Positions 6,327 to 12,883 of a DNA stretch of 12,883 nt are shown in pieces. Made by a program: the position numbers and the translations under genes. The stretch's first letter is position 1, and every line of letters starts with the position of its first letter. Source of the stretch: a virus; the UHGV virus genome UHGV-1980648, one strand, 5' to 3'. Below the pieces are notes generated by a model. It saw only the letters and a program-made list of their open reading frames with translations, was not told the DNA's origin and searched no databases.

Positions 6327-7028
6327 ATGGCGACTCAAATTTCCGTTGAAACTCTTTCCCCAATTGCCTACAACCAGATCCCCGTAATTACTACAGAATT
6401 ATTGGCGCAATTGTATGGCACTGAAACAGTCAATATAAAAATGAATTTTTCCCGTAACTCTGCGCGATTTGTACAGGGAAAACATTTCTTTAAGTTGGAA
6501 GGGAATGAACTACGTGAGTTTAAGCACAGACTATCTTTAAGCGAGTCTGTTAGCCGCGAGGTAACAGAAAGTTACTCTGTGAAAATCGCCCGCAATGTTC
6601 GCTCCCTCATCCTCTGGACAGAACGCGGCGCAGCCCGTCACGCAAAAATGCTCGAAACCGATCAGGCGAGGGAAGTGTTCGAAAAACTGGAAGACTGCTA
6701 TTTCAGCCAGGGAAAAACAGCACCAACCGAACAGCAGCCGCAGATTCAGCCACAATTCACAGCCGAGGAAATCATCCTCCTTTGCTACATGCAACTCTGG
6801 ATGGAAAAAGCCCAGGACCTTAGCAAGCAGCTGTACCCCATAATGAAAGAGCTGAACTCCTCATACACGAACAAGCTGTATGACATTGCGTTTGAGACCA
6901 TCTACATGGTGACGAAGAACAGAGACGCGCTACTAAGGGAGGTAACACGTCTCGACATGTCAAGTTCCGTTATCCAGCGGGCCATGCCAATGCTGAAAAG
7001 CCTGCGGGCAAGACAATTTGAATTCTGA
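6327..7028 (+). CDS. ORF6N-domain protein, putative antirepressor-like regulator
   Basis: 233 aa; N-terminal IPVITTELLAQLYGTETVNIKMNFSRNSARFVQGKHFFKLEGNELREFK...LWTERGAARHAKMLETDQAREVFEKLEDCYF fits the ORF6N pattern from memory; GAGGG RBS. Confidence 0.55.
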   Translation: MATQISVETLSPIAYNQIPVITTELLAQLYGTETVNIKMNFSRNSARFVQGKHFFKLEGNELREFKHRLSLSESVSREVTESYSVKIARNVRSLILWTERGAARHAKMLETDQAREVFEKLEDCYFSQGKTAPTEQQPQIQPQFTAEEIILLCYMQLWMEKAQDLSKQLYPIMKELNSSYTNKLYDIAFETIYMVTKNRDALLREVTRLDMSSSVIQRAMPMLKSLRARQFEF

Positions 7029-7033
7029 AACTA

Positions 7034-7058
7034 AAGGAGCTTCGGCTCCTTTTTTGTT
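7034..7058 (+). terminator. Intrinsic terminator between the ORF6N gene and ninB
   Basis: AAGGAGC-ttcg-GCTCCTT followed by TTTTTTGTT. Confidence 0.55.
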
Positions 7059-7082
7059 GGGAAAATCCAGTGAGAGGGAATA

Positions 7083-7493
7083 ATGAACCAGACTATCTTC
7101 CTCCGAAGTAAGCAGCAGCAACAATTCGCCATTAACGCCATCCTTGCAACAACTCTCGATAAAGACAAACCCGTTACGATCCGTATCACCGATTACAAGC
7201 GTAATCTCGCTCAAAATGCAAAATTTCACGCGATGGTCGCTGATATATCCCGCCAGGTTAAGTGGTGCGGCAGGGGGCTAAAACCAGAACAGTGGAAAGT
7301 TTTGTTAATCAGCGGTCATGCCGTGGCGACAAAACAGGAAGCTGATGTTTTGCCAGGTCTTGAAGGTGAATACGTCAATATCCGCGAAAGCAGTGCGCAA
7401 ATGAGCGTGAAGCGTATGGCAAGCCTGATTGAGTACACAACATCCTGGGCCGTGGATCAGGGTGTCAGATTTACCGACAGGAGGTACGAATGA
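7083..7493 (+). CDS. ninB: NinB (Orf-family recombination mediator)
   Basis: 136 aa; [30 protein letters not shown] aligns by eye with lambda NinB NRKLWACLGDVSRQVEWHGRWLDAESWKCV. Confidence 0.85.
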   Translation: MNQTIFLRSKQQQQFAINAILATTLDKDKPVTIRITDYKRNLAQNAKFHAMVADISRQVKWCGRGLKPEQWKVLLISGHAVATKQEADVLPGLEGEYVNIRESSAQMSVKRMASLIEYTTSWAVDQGVRFTDRRYE

Positions 7494-7612
7494 GACGACA
7501 GCGACGAAGCATCACCGATATCGTCTGTGAAAACTGCAATTACCTTCCAACCAAACGCTCCCGAAATAAACCCAGGCCAGTCCCCAAAGAATCTGATGTT
7601 AAAAACTTCAAC
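7490..7612 (+). CDS. ninE: NinE-like small protein, 3' end lost in the assembly gap
   Basis: ATGA overlap with the ninB stop; [41 protein letters not shown] runs straight into the N run; identity from memory of lambdoid NinE and the ninB-ninE-ybcO-rusA synteny. Confidence 0.5.
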
Positions 7613-7625
7613 NNNNNNNNNNNNN
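7613..7625. other. Assembly gap (13 N)
   Basis: Run of n characters in the sequence. Confidence 1.
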
Positions 7626-7694
7626 TATCCGGTGGCTAAGGCGTCGAGCAAGATTTAATTGTCACTCCGGATAGCCTACTGCATGAGGAATAAG

Positions 7695-7988
7695 ATGATG
7701 ACAAACCTACGCAAAGAAGCGCGCGGCAGAGAATGCCAGGTACGGATTTATGGCGTATGCAATGGCAACCCTGAAACTACAGTTCTGGCGCATTACCGAA
7801 TGGCTGGAATTTGCGGAACGGGAACAAAGCCAGATGATCTGTTGGCTGCATGGGCCTGTAGTGACTGCCATAATGAAATCGATCGCCGTACTCGCATTCT
7901 CGACAACAACGACGCCAGACTTTACCACCTGGAAGGCGTGATCAGGACGCTGGCGATATTGCTGAAGGAGGGAAAGATTAAGTCATGA
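7695..7988 (+). CDS. YbcO-like protein (DUF1364 family, putative nuclease)
   Basis: ATG 7695 with GAGGA RBS (the ORF track starts at a TTG at 7659); RKEARGRECQVRIYGVCNGNPETTVLAHYRMAGICGTGTKPDDLLAAWACSDCHNEIDRRT matches the YbcO family from memory. Confidence 0.75.
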   Translation: MMTNLRKEARGRECQVRIYGVCNGNPETTVLAHYRMAGICGTGTKPDDLLAAWACSDCHNEIDRRTRILDNNDARLYHLEGVIRTLAILLKEGKIKS

Positions 7989-8347
7989 ATGAATATGAGT
8001 TTGTGCTTCCCTGGCCGCCGACGGTGAATACCTACTGGCGAAGACGGGGAAGCCAGTACTACATCAGCGATAAAGGCCAGAAATACCGAAAAGACGTACA
8101 GCAAATCATCCGGCAACTCAGATTAGACATTTTCACTAAATCACGACTTCGCATCACAATTATTGCTGAACCACCAGATTCCCGCCGTCGCGACCTCGAT
8201 AACATCCTGAAAGGTTTACTCGACTCTCTTATCCACGCCGGATTTGCGGAAGACGACGTGCAATTCGATGACATTCGCGTAATTCGCGGCGTGAAAGTGC
8301 TTGGCGGTAGAGTGGGGATAAAAATCACCGAACTGGAGAACATATGA
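7985..8347 (+). CDS. rusA: RusA Holliday-junction resolvase
   Basis: 120 aa; LPWPP...RRRDLDNILKGLLDSLIHAGF...DDVQFDDIRV matches RusA (LPWPPSNN...[21 protein letters not shown]); ATGA overlap with the preceding gene. Confidence 0.9.
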   Translation: MNEYEFVLPWPPTVNTYWRRRGSQYYISDKGQKYRKDVQQIIRQLRLDIFTKSRLRITIIAEPPDSRRRDLDNILKGLLDSLIHAGFAEDDVQFDDIRVIRGVKVLGGRVGIKITELENI

Positions 8348-8544
8348 ACGCCACAATTCAAACAATACCGGAATTGCTTATCCAGGCACGAGGCAATATG
8401 ACTGAAGTTTCACGAAAACTGAACTGTAATCGTGCTACGGTCAGAAAATATGTCGGTGATAAAGAAGGCAAACGGCACGCCGTCGTCAACGGTGTCCTTA
8501 TGGTTCATCGTGGATGGGATAAGGGGAAAGCTACTGATGCGTGA
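8344..8544 (+). CDS. ninH: NinH-like protein
   Basis: 66 aa; TIPELLIQARGNMTEVSRKLNCNRATVRKYVGDKEGKRHAVVNGVLMVHRGW closely parallels lambda NinH from memory; ATGA overlap with rusA. Confidence 0.8.
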   Translation: MNATIQTIPELLIQARGNMTEVSRKLNCNRATVRKYVGDKEGKRHAVVNGVLMVHRGWDKGKATDA

Positions 8545-8779
8545 TATTCAGCAGGTGCCTGAACGCATGGCTTTATTCAGGTCGTCTGGAAAAGCGCATG
8601 AGCAGCGTAATAGCGGAGTTCATGGCGAAGAGTATATGAACAGATTATTCGAATGCTATATGAGACTGAAGCACGGAGATCGCTATGACCTGACACGTGA
8701 TGCTGACGGTTTCTACTGCCGTGAAGTTGTGAAACGAATGTTTGAAGTGTGGTGTCATTGTAAAGGATGGGGGCTGTGA
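8537..8779 (+). CDS. Hypothetical Cys-rich protein, translationally coupled to the next gene
   Basis: ATG 8537 (MRDIQQV...) with AAGGGGA RBS, overlapping the ninH stop; 80 aa; its stop overlaps the next start as TGATG. Confidence 0.4.
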   Translation: MRDIQQVPERMALFRSSGKAHEQRNSGVHGEEYMNRLFECYMRLKHGDRYDLTRDADGFYCREVVKRMFEVWCHCKGWGL

Positions 8780-9393
8780 TGCGGCTAACCCCAGTATTCG
8801 GCATGGTTAACTTTATTAATGATGCTCATTTCCGCCGCATATGGAGGCATCCGAAGAAAATCATTAACTCTCGTCAGAAAGCATGGGTTCACTACATGCT
8901 ACAGGTATGGGGAAATGTTAACGCTGGTGATGATTCTCCTTGTGGTGCAATTAACGTTATTGGGCGACTGATGATTCGCAGTCAGTGGAGCGATGACAAA
9001 GCTAAGCAGATTGAGTCTGTTGTCATGCGTCTGTATGAAGAAGACGGACTACGTGGAGATGAACTCCATCAGAAAGCCCGAGAACTGGTCATCCCTCAGT
9101 CATCGGCAGGTAATATCATTGCTCTCGCCAAAGAATCCGATGATGCTGCTTTCGTTGAACGTGTGATGGTTGAGACCTTTCATCGTGAAAGCCCTGTCCG
9201 TGATGTAGCTATTAGGCGATATTGCAATCGCGACAGCACGCAAGATATCGCCAGGATGATTTCTCAGATAACAGGAGTTGATATTCAGTATTGCCGGAGG
9301 CGGGTCGTGTGGTGCGAGAGGGTCCTTGATTCAGAAATGTTTTATGCAATGAAGCGAGAATTGGAGAAAGAACTTCTAGTGATTGCTGGATGA
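8779..9393 (+). CDS. Putative late-gene antiterminator (Q-position protein); identity by position only
   Basis: 204 aa from ATG 8779 (the ORF track starts at 8767); last gene before a pR'-like promoter and tR'-like terminator; no clear similarity to lambda Q by eye. Confidence 0.35.
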   Translation: MRLTPVFGMVNFINDAHFRRIWRHPKKIINSRQKAWVHYMLQVWGNVNAGDDSPCGAINVIGRLMIRSQWSDDKAKQIESVVMRLYEEDGLRGDELHQKARELVIPQSSAGNIIALAKESDDAAFVERVMVETFHRESPVRDVAIRRYCNRDSTQDIARMISQITGVDIQYCRRRVVWCERVLDSEMFYAMKRELEKELLVIAG

Positions 9394-9417
9394 TGCAAAA
9401 TATTTTTTGTAAATGCG

Positions 9418-9446
9418 TTGCTTTCGAGAAATGAAAGTAGTATGTT
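9418..9446 (+). promoter_or_regulatory. Late promoter candidate (pR'-like)
   Basis: TTGCTT (9418-9423), 17-nt spacer, TATGTT (9441-9446), starting 25 bp after the stop of the Q-position gene. Confidence 0.4.
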
Positions 9447-9553
9447 TTGTGTATGCTCGGAGCAAAAGCGCACTGAGAAGCGAAAGAGAAATCCTGATTT
9501 ACCTCGGTCGTCGATAATATTTAGGATCGGCATACTGGCTAGATTAGGTAAAG

Positions 9554-9584
9554 GCCTCGGCAGAAATGTCGGGGCTTTTTGTTT
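9554..9584 (+). terminator. tR'-like intrinsic terminator
   Basis: Hairpin 9554-9575 (GCCTCGGC-agaaat-GTCGGGGC, two G-U pairs) followed by TTTTTGTTTG. Confidence 0.5.
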
Positions 9585-9657
9585 GCACAACAGGTAAGAG
9601 CATTGAACCCGCAGACCTCGTGGAATTGGTGAAAGGTGTGCGCAGTGCTCTTATCGT

Positions 9658-9784
9658 TGTGGTGAAGCTCAATGGCGAGCTAGCAGACAGGCGACTGTGA
9701 AAATACTAGTCATGTAGCGGATCGCCGCGCGTATTGTAATCGGCAGCGCACCGATGGGAGCTGGTTCGATTCCGGCCGCCACAA
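9658..9784 (+). other. tRNA-like element: degenerate or insert-bearing tRNA, possibly an ileX/ileZ-like remnant
   Basis: Canonical T-arm GCTGG-TTCGATT-CCGGC at 9760-9776; 3' acceptor CGCCACA pairs with TGTGGTG at 9658-9664; D-arm-like GCTC-aatggc-GAGC; AGGCGACT resembles the E. coli tRNA-Ile2 anticodon stem; no canonical anticodon arm and length about 127 nt. Confidence 0.25.
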
Positions 9785-9926
9785 TCCAAACTGAGCCGTA
9801 GCCTCTGGGTGTCCTGAATTCATCAGTGATAGTTACGCTGCGGCCTTCTACATACGATTTTTGTGAAAAGCGGGTGGCAAGAGGCTGCGAAATTTTTAAA
9901 TACCTCACAATTCCACAGCTTGATGA

Positions 9927-10123
9927 TTGTCTGGCTGCCGGAGAATTTGTTAAAAATTGCATCGCGTGGTGAATCCCCCTCAGCGGCGGGGCATCTGGCA
10001 AAGTGTATGATCCAGCGAACATGCAAATTCAGTAGCCAGGCTGAATTTACCGGGAGGCACCTGGCACCATGCGACAGACAGAAATTAGGCTATACTTCAG
10101 CCCCTCTCCGGAGGGGCTTTTCT
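9927..10123 (+). repeat. Paralogous unit A: promoter-like box, structured core, intrinsic terminator (candidate small RNA gene)
   Basis: TTGTCT (9927-9932), 17-nt spacer, TTAAAAAT; core closed by CGCGTGGTG (9963-9971) pairing with CACCATGCG (10065-10073); internal hairpin AAATTCAG/CTGAATTT; terminator at 10099-10123. Confidence 0.5.
10099..10123 (+). terminator. Intrinsic terminator of unit A
   Basis: GCCCCTC-tccg-GAGGGGC followed by TTTTCT. Confidence 0.6.
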
Positions 10124-10312
10124 GTGCAGGATGTGTCACAGTTTCCTGAATTCTGAGTACTGTCCTGTTACTCAGGGTGCTATATTTTCTGACGTGATGA
10201 AAGTCTGCCGGAAGGCGGAACGTATCGGAAATGACCCAGTAGAGAAAACGTTGACTCAGATACCGATGCTGAGTTACCGGGAAACCGGCATCACATGACC
10301 GCTATCCTTCCA

Positions 10313-10335
10313 GGCTCGCTCCGGCGGGCCTTTTT
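10313..10335 (+). terminator. Intrinsic terminator, a third copy of the terminator module with a covarying stem
   Basis: GGCTCGC-tccg-GCGGGCC followed by TTTTT; flanking sequence (gctatccttccag...) is homologous to the 3' ends of units A and B. Confidence 0.55.
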
Positions 10336-10395
10336 ACTGCAGAAAACAGTTTTCCCGTAAAATGCCACGTTACTCACAATTCAGGCTGGCGATTA

Positions 10396-10606
10396 TTGTC
10401 TGGCCAGCGGGAAGTTTGTTAAAAAAATATGGCATGGTGAATCCCCCTGTGCGGAGGGGCATATCAGCGACAGGTGTTTGGTCACACCCCTTATCCTTTC
10501 TGGTGCGGGTTCAGGTGCTGATACTGAACTCACCGGGAGGCACCCTGCACCATGCATGAACGGTACATAGCGCTACTCTCCAGCCCCTCTCCGGAGGGGC
10601 TTTCTT
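10396..10606 (+). repeat. Paralogous unit B: promoter-like box, structured core, intrinsic terminator (candidate small RNA gene)
   Basis: TTGTCT (10396-10401), 17-nt spacer, TTAAAAAAATAT; core closed by GCATGGTG (10432-10439) pairing with CACCATGC (10548-10555); internal hairpin GTTCAG/CTGAAC; shares blocks TGGTGAATCCCCCT and CACCGGGAGGCACC with unit A. Confidence 0.5.
10582..10606 (+). terminator. Intrinsic terminator of unit B
   Basis: GCCCCTC-tccg-GAGGGGC followed by TTTCTTGTTG. Confidence 0.6.
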
Positions 10607-10613
10607 GTTGGAT

Positions 10614-10643
10614 AAAAAAAAGCCCGCGCCGGGAAGCGCGGGT
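10614..10643 (-). terminator. Opposite-facing hairpin with A8 tract (possible leftward terminator, back to back with the unit B terminator)
   Basis: AAAAAAAA then CCCGCGC-cgggaa-GCGCGGG; on the minus strand this reads hairpin followed by a T8 run. Confidence 0.35.
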
Positions 10644-10843
10644 GGCAAGGAATAAACAACAAAACGTGAAGTGATCAATTTTCAGCTGGCGAATAATACC
10701 TGATAGTAATCACTCTGCGCAACTGTATGGTCTTTTTCGTATTGCGGGCTGTAGTCATCCTCCTGTTTCTGAACCCTTGTCCATGACTGACGTCAGCCCG
10801 CACCTTATCTTGATTGCATACACTATCCCTGCCGGGAGGAATA

Positions 10844-12805
10844 ATGGCATTTAAACACTATGACGTGGTCAGGGCATCATCGCCGTCAGACCTCGCAGGA
10901 AAACTGACGCAAAAACTGAAGGAAGGCTGGCAACCCTATGGTAGTCCGATTATCTCAAACGCGGGTTATGGTGCTGAATTTATCCAGGCTATAGTCGCTG
11001 AAGGGGATATGACCTCTCCGGTAGTTTCACCGGGGGGAGATGGTACCCGGACTGTTGTTGTTGAACCAGAATATTACTTTGTCATTGCGCTGGCCGGACA
11101 GTCAAACGGTATGGCGTATGGTGAAGGGCTTCCGCTGCCGGAGACATATGACCGTCCGGACCCGCGTATTAAACAGCTGGCGCGTCGCAGCACTGTCACG
11201 CCGGGTGGTGCGTCCTGTAACTACAATGACATTATTCCTGCGGACCACTGCCTGCATGATGTTCAGGATTTGAGTAAGTTTTCACACCCGAAAGCTAGCG
11301 CAGCTCAGTATGGATGCGTGGGGCAGGGATTACATATCGCGAAGAAATTGTTGCCGTTTATTCCGGCGAATGCCGGTATTCTTCTGGTTCCGTGCTGCCG
11401 TGGTGGTTCTGCATTTTTGGCGGGCGATGAAGGTACCTTCAGCGAATCCACCGGCGCAAGCGAGACCTCGGCACGCTGGGGTGTAGATAAGCCACTGTAC
11501 AAGGACCTGCTTACCCGTACTCAGGCCGCACTGAAGGCTAACCCTAAAAATATTCTGCTTGCAGTGGTCTGGATGCAGGGCGAGTTTGATTTGAAACAGG
11601 GTGCATACGCCACTCAGCCGGGGCTGTTTGATTCCATGGTGGAAAAATATCGTTCTGACCTGTCGGAATTCGGAGGTCAGTGTCTCGGGGGCTCTCCGTC
11701 ATCGGTTCCCTGGATTTGTGGCGACACGACCTACTACTGGAAGCAGACTTATTCTTCGCAATACGATGCGGTGTATGGTGCATACAAGACGAAATCCGCA
11801 AAAAAAATCTTCTTTGTGCCGTTTATGACGGATGAAAACGGGCGAAATGTGGGTACCAACGAGCCGTCAGAAGATCCGGATGTTGCGGATATTGGGTATT
11901 ACGGAGCCGGTGGTCGAACGGACGCCAAAACCTGGACGACGGCCGACCGTAAAACGCATTTTGGATCATGGGCACGTCGTGGGATTATTTCCGACCGTCT
12001 GGCAACGGCGATTCTTGTGCATGCCGGGAGAACCGCTGAATTCATTACCGGAAAACAGCCTGATACGGTGAAGCCCACCGGACCTTCCGGTGAAGGTACG
12101 GAGAGAGAGCCGGAAGCCCCGGTCAGTAACCGAACCCTGATGAGTCTGCTGGCGTCCGGCGAAGACCTGGCATCACAGGGCTGGCGCTATTATCACAAAC
12201 CGGCGAGCGGAGACAATGTTAACAAAAACATTGCTGAAGCGGTGGTCAGTGATGCGGGGGCTACGGGAGGTAAGGCCCTGCAACTGAATAAACCGGAAAA
12301 CCACATCTGGTTTCTGGAGCATGATGCAGCCGGACAGGGAGTGGAGTTACTGAAGAAGGGGGGACGTGTGAGCGTACGGTTTAAGTTGCCGGGTTCACTG
12401 GTGCCGAATCGGTTTGCCCTGGGCATTTACTGGCAGTTGTCGTCCCTGCCGGAGGGAGTGACGCTGGCAGAGGAAGGCAACGACATGCTGATGTCCTTCT
12501 TCCTGCAGACGGATGCGACGAACCTGAACGCGATGTACCACAAGAAGCCGAATGCGAAGCTGGATACGTTCGGGGTCTTTGATAACGGATGGCACACACT
12601 GGCTTTTGAGTTTGCCGGAAACAACAGCATTCAGGTGACGCCGGTACTGGATGAGAAACGGGGGACGCCGTTCACACTGGTGAAATCTCCGGCATCAGGG
12701 GCGGCGGACAAACTGCAACTGACAGGCATATCAAAGGCGGCGACATATACGCTGCTGATTGACAGTGTGAAGGTGGAAGTGAACAACGCGGATGCCGCGG
12801 CATGA
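10844..12805 (+). CDS. nanS-p: Prophage NanS-p-like sialate O-acetylesterase (N-terminal DUF1737-like domain, SGNH/SASA esterase core, C-terminal extension)
   Basis: ATG 10844 with GGGAGGA RBS (the ORF track starts at 10814); 653 aa; MAFKHYDVVRASSPSDLAGKLTQKLKEGWQPYGSPI N-terminus; LAGQSNGMAYGEG block typical of sialate O-acetylesterases; location downstream of Q and the late terminators matches Stx-type prophages, from memory. Confidence 0.8.
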   Translation: MAFKHYDVVRASSPSDLAGKLTQKLKEGWQPYGSPIISNAGYGAEFIQAIVAEGDMTSPVVSPGGDGTRTVVVEPEYYFVIALAGQSNGMAYGEGLPLPETYDRPDPRIKQLARRSTVTPGGASCNYNDIIPADHCLHDVQDLSKFSHPKASAAQYGCVGQGLHIAKKLLPFIPANAGILLVPCCRGGSAFLAGDEGTFSESTGASETSARWGVDKPLYKDLLTRTQAALKANPKNILLAVVWMQGEFDLKQGAYATQPGLFDSMVEKYRSDLSEFGGQCLGGSPSSVPWICGDTTYYWKQTYSSQYDAVYGAYKTKSAKKIFFVPFMTDENGRNVGTNEPSEDPDVADIGYYGAGGRTDAKTWTTADRKTHFGSWARRGIISDRLATAILVHAGRTAEFITGKQPDTVKPTGPSGEGTEREPEAPVSNRTLMSLLASGEDLASQGWRYYHKPASGDNVNKNIAEAVVSDAGATGGKALQLNKPENHIWFLEHDAAGQGVELLKKGGRVSVRFKLPGSLVPNRFALGIYWQLSSLPEGVTLAEEGNDMLMSFFLQTDATNLNAMYHKKPNAKLDTFGVFDNGWHTLAFEFAGNNSIQVTPVLDEKRGTPFTLVKSPASGAADKLQLTGISKAATYTLLIDSVKVEVNNADAAA

Positions 12806-12854
12806 TAAAAAAAGCCGCCAGCGGCAGGAACGGAAGCTGGCGGAGGTAATCCCA

Positions 12855-12883
12855 ATGGAGAATGTAAAGAAAAGATGCTTTCG
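12855..12883 (+). CDS. Partial CDS (first 9 codons; runs off the right edge), hypothetical
   Basis: ATG 12855 with GGAGG 8 nt upstream; MENVKKRCF...; too short to identify. Confidence 0.2.

Noticed and set aside
6029-6387. ORFs 6029-6268 (minus), 6046-6387 (plus) and 6126-6338 (minus) across the promoter/leader region
   Set aside because: They span promoters, hairpins and a terminator; no RBS; the region is better explained as regulatory RNA and DNA.
7457-7651. 64-aa minus-strand ORF containing X residues
   Set aside because: Reads through the 13-N assembly gap and is antisense to ninB/ninE; an artefact of the gap.
8432-8536. N-terminal extension of the 8432-8779 ORF (MLRSENMSVIKK...)
   Set aside because: Overlaps ninH in another frame; the internal ATG at 8537 has a proper RBS and ATGA-type coupling to the ninH stop.
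9669-10156. ORFs 9669-10022 (minus), 9823-10026 (minus) and 9863-10156 (plus) across the tRNA-like element and unit A
   Set aside because: No RBS; they span a T-arm and an intrinsic terminator; the A/B repeat conservation is at nucleotide and structure level with non-synonymous differences, favouring RNA over protein.
10362-10559. 65-aa plus-strand ORF inside unit B
   Set aside because: Same reasoning as for unit A: frame conservation is incidental to DNA repeat homology; no RBS; better explained as structured RNA.
10650-10843. Search for stxA/stxB or another toxin ORF between the terminator stack and nanS-p
   Set aside because: No ORF of meaningful length is present; the interval is non-coding.
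11040-12855. Multiple short ORFs on both strands inside the nanS-p-like gene (for example 11040-11273, 11305-11502, 12193-12426, 12631-12855)
   Set aside because: All are nested within a 653-aa ORF with a strong RBS and recognisable esterase motifs; products are low-complexity.
1-12883. Integrase, attL/attR, IS elements, rRNA
   Set aside because: No integrase- or transposase-like translation, no terminal inverted repeats and no rRNA-like sequence seen; the window appears internal to the prophage.

Overview
This window reads as a contiguous stretch of a lambdoid (lambda / Stx-phage-like) enterobacterial prophage, running from the immunity region to the start of the late region. All calls rest on reading the six-frame translations and the DNA by eye; no database search was run. 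Left to right: a leftward early promoter and the first codons of a gene running off the left edge; a divergent immunity switch made of an HTH-only repressor (minus strand, no S24 peptidase domain) and a Cro/YdaS-like gene; a YdaT-like gene; a replication initiator carrying two clusters of GTCAC(GAC) iterons inside its own coding sequence; a lambda-P-like helicase loader; and two winged-helix-type hypothetical proteins. A roughly 1.9 kb opposite-strand cargo island follows, holding a zinc-ribbon plus DUF4145-like protein (candidate single-gene defence or abortive-infection function) and a Gp49/HigB-like toxin with an XRE-HTH antitoxin. Transcription then resumes rightward through an ORF6N-type antirepressor-like gene and a nin region (ninB, ninE interrupted by a 13-N gap, ybcO-like, rusA, ninH), a translationally coupled gene pair whose second member sits where Q antiterminator is expected, and a pR'/tR'-like promoter and terminator. 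Between that and a NanS-p-like sialate O-acetylesterase lies about 1.2 kb with no convincing ORF but dense RNA-like structure: a degenerate tRNA-like element and two paralogous units, each with its own promoter, covarying stems and intrinsic terminator. No stx, integrase, att site, CRISPR array or rRNA was found. The most interesting candidates for something undescribed are the zinc-ribbon/DUF4145-like gene and the paralogous structured-RNA units.
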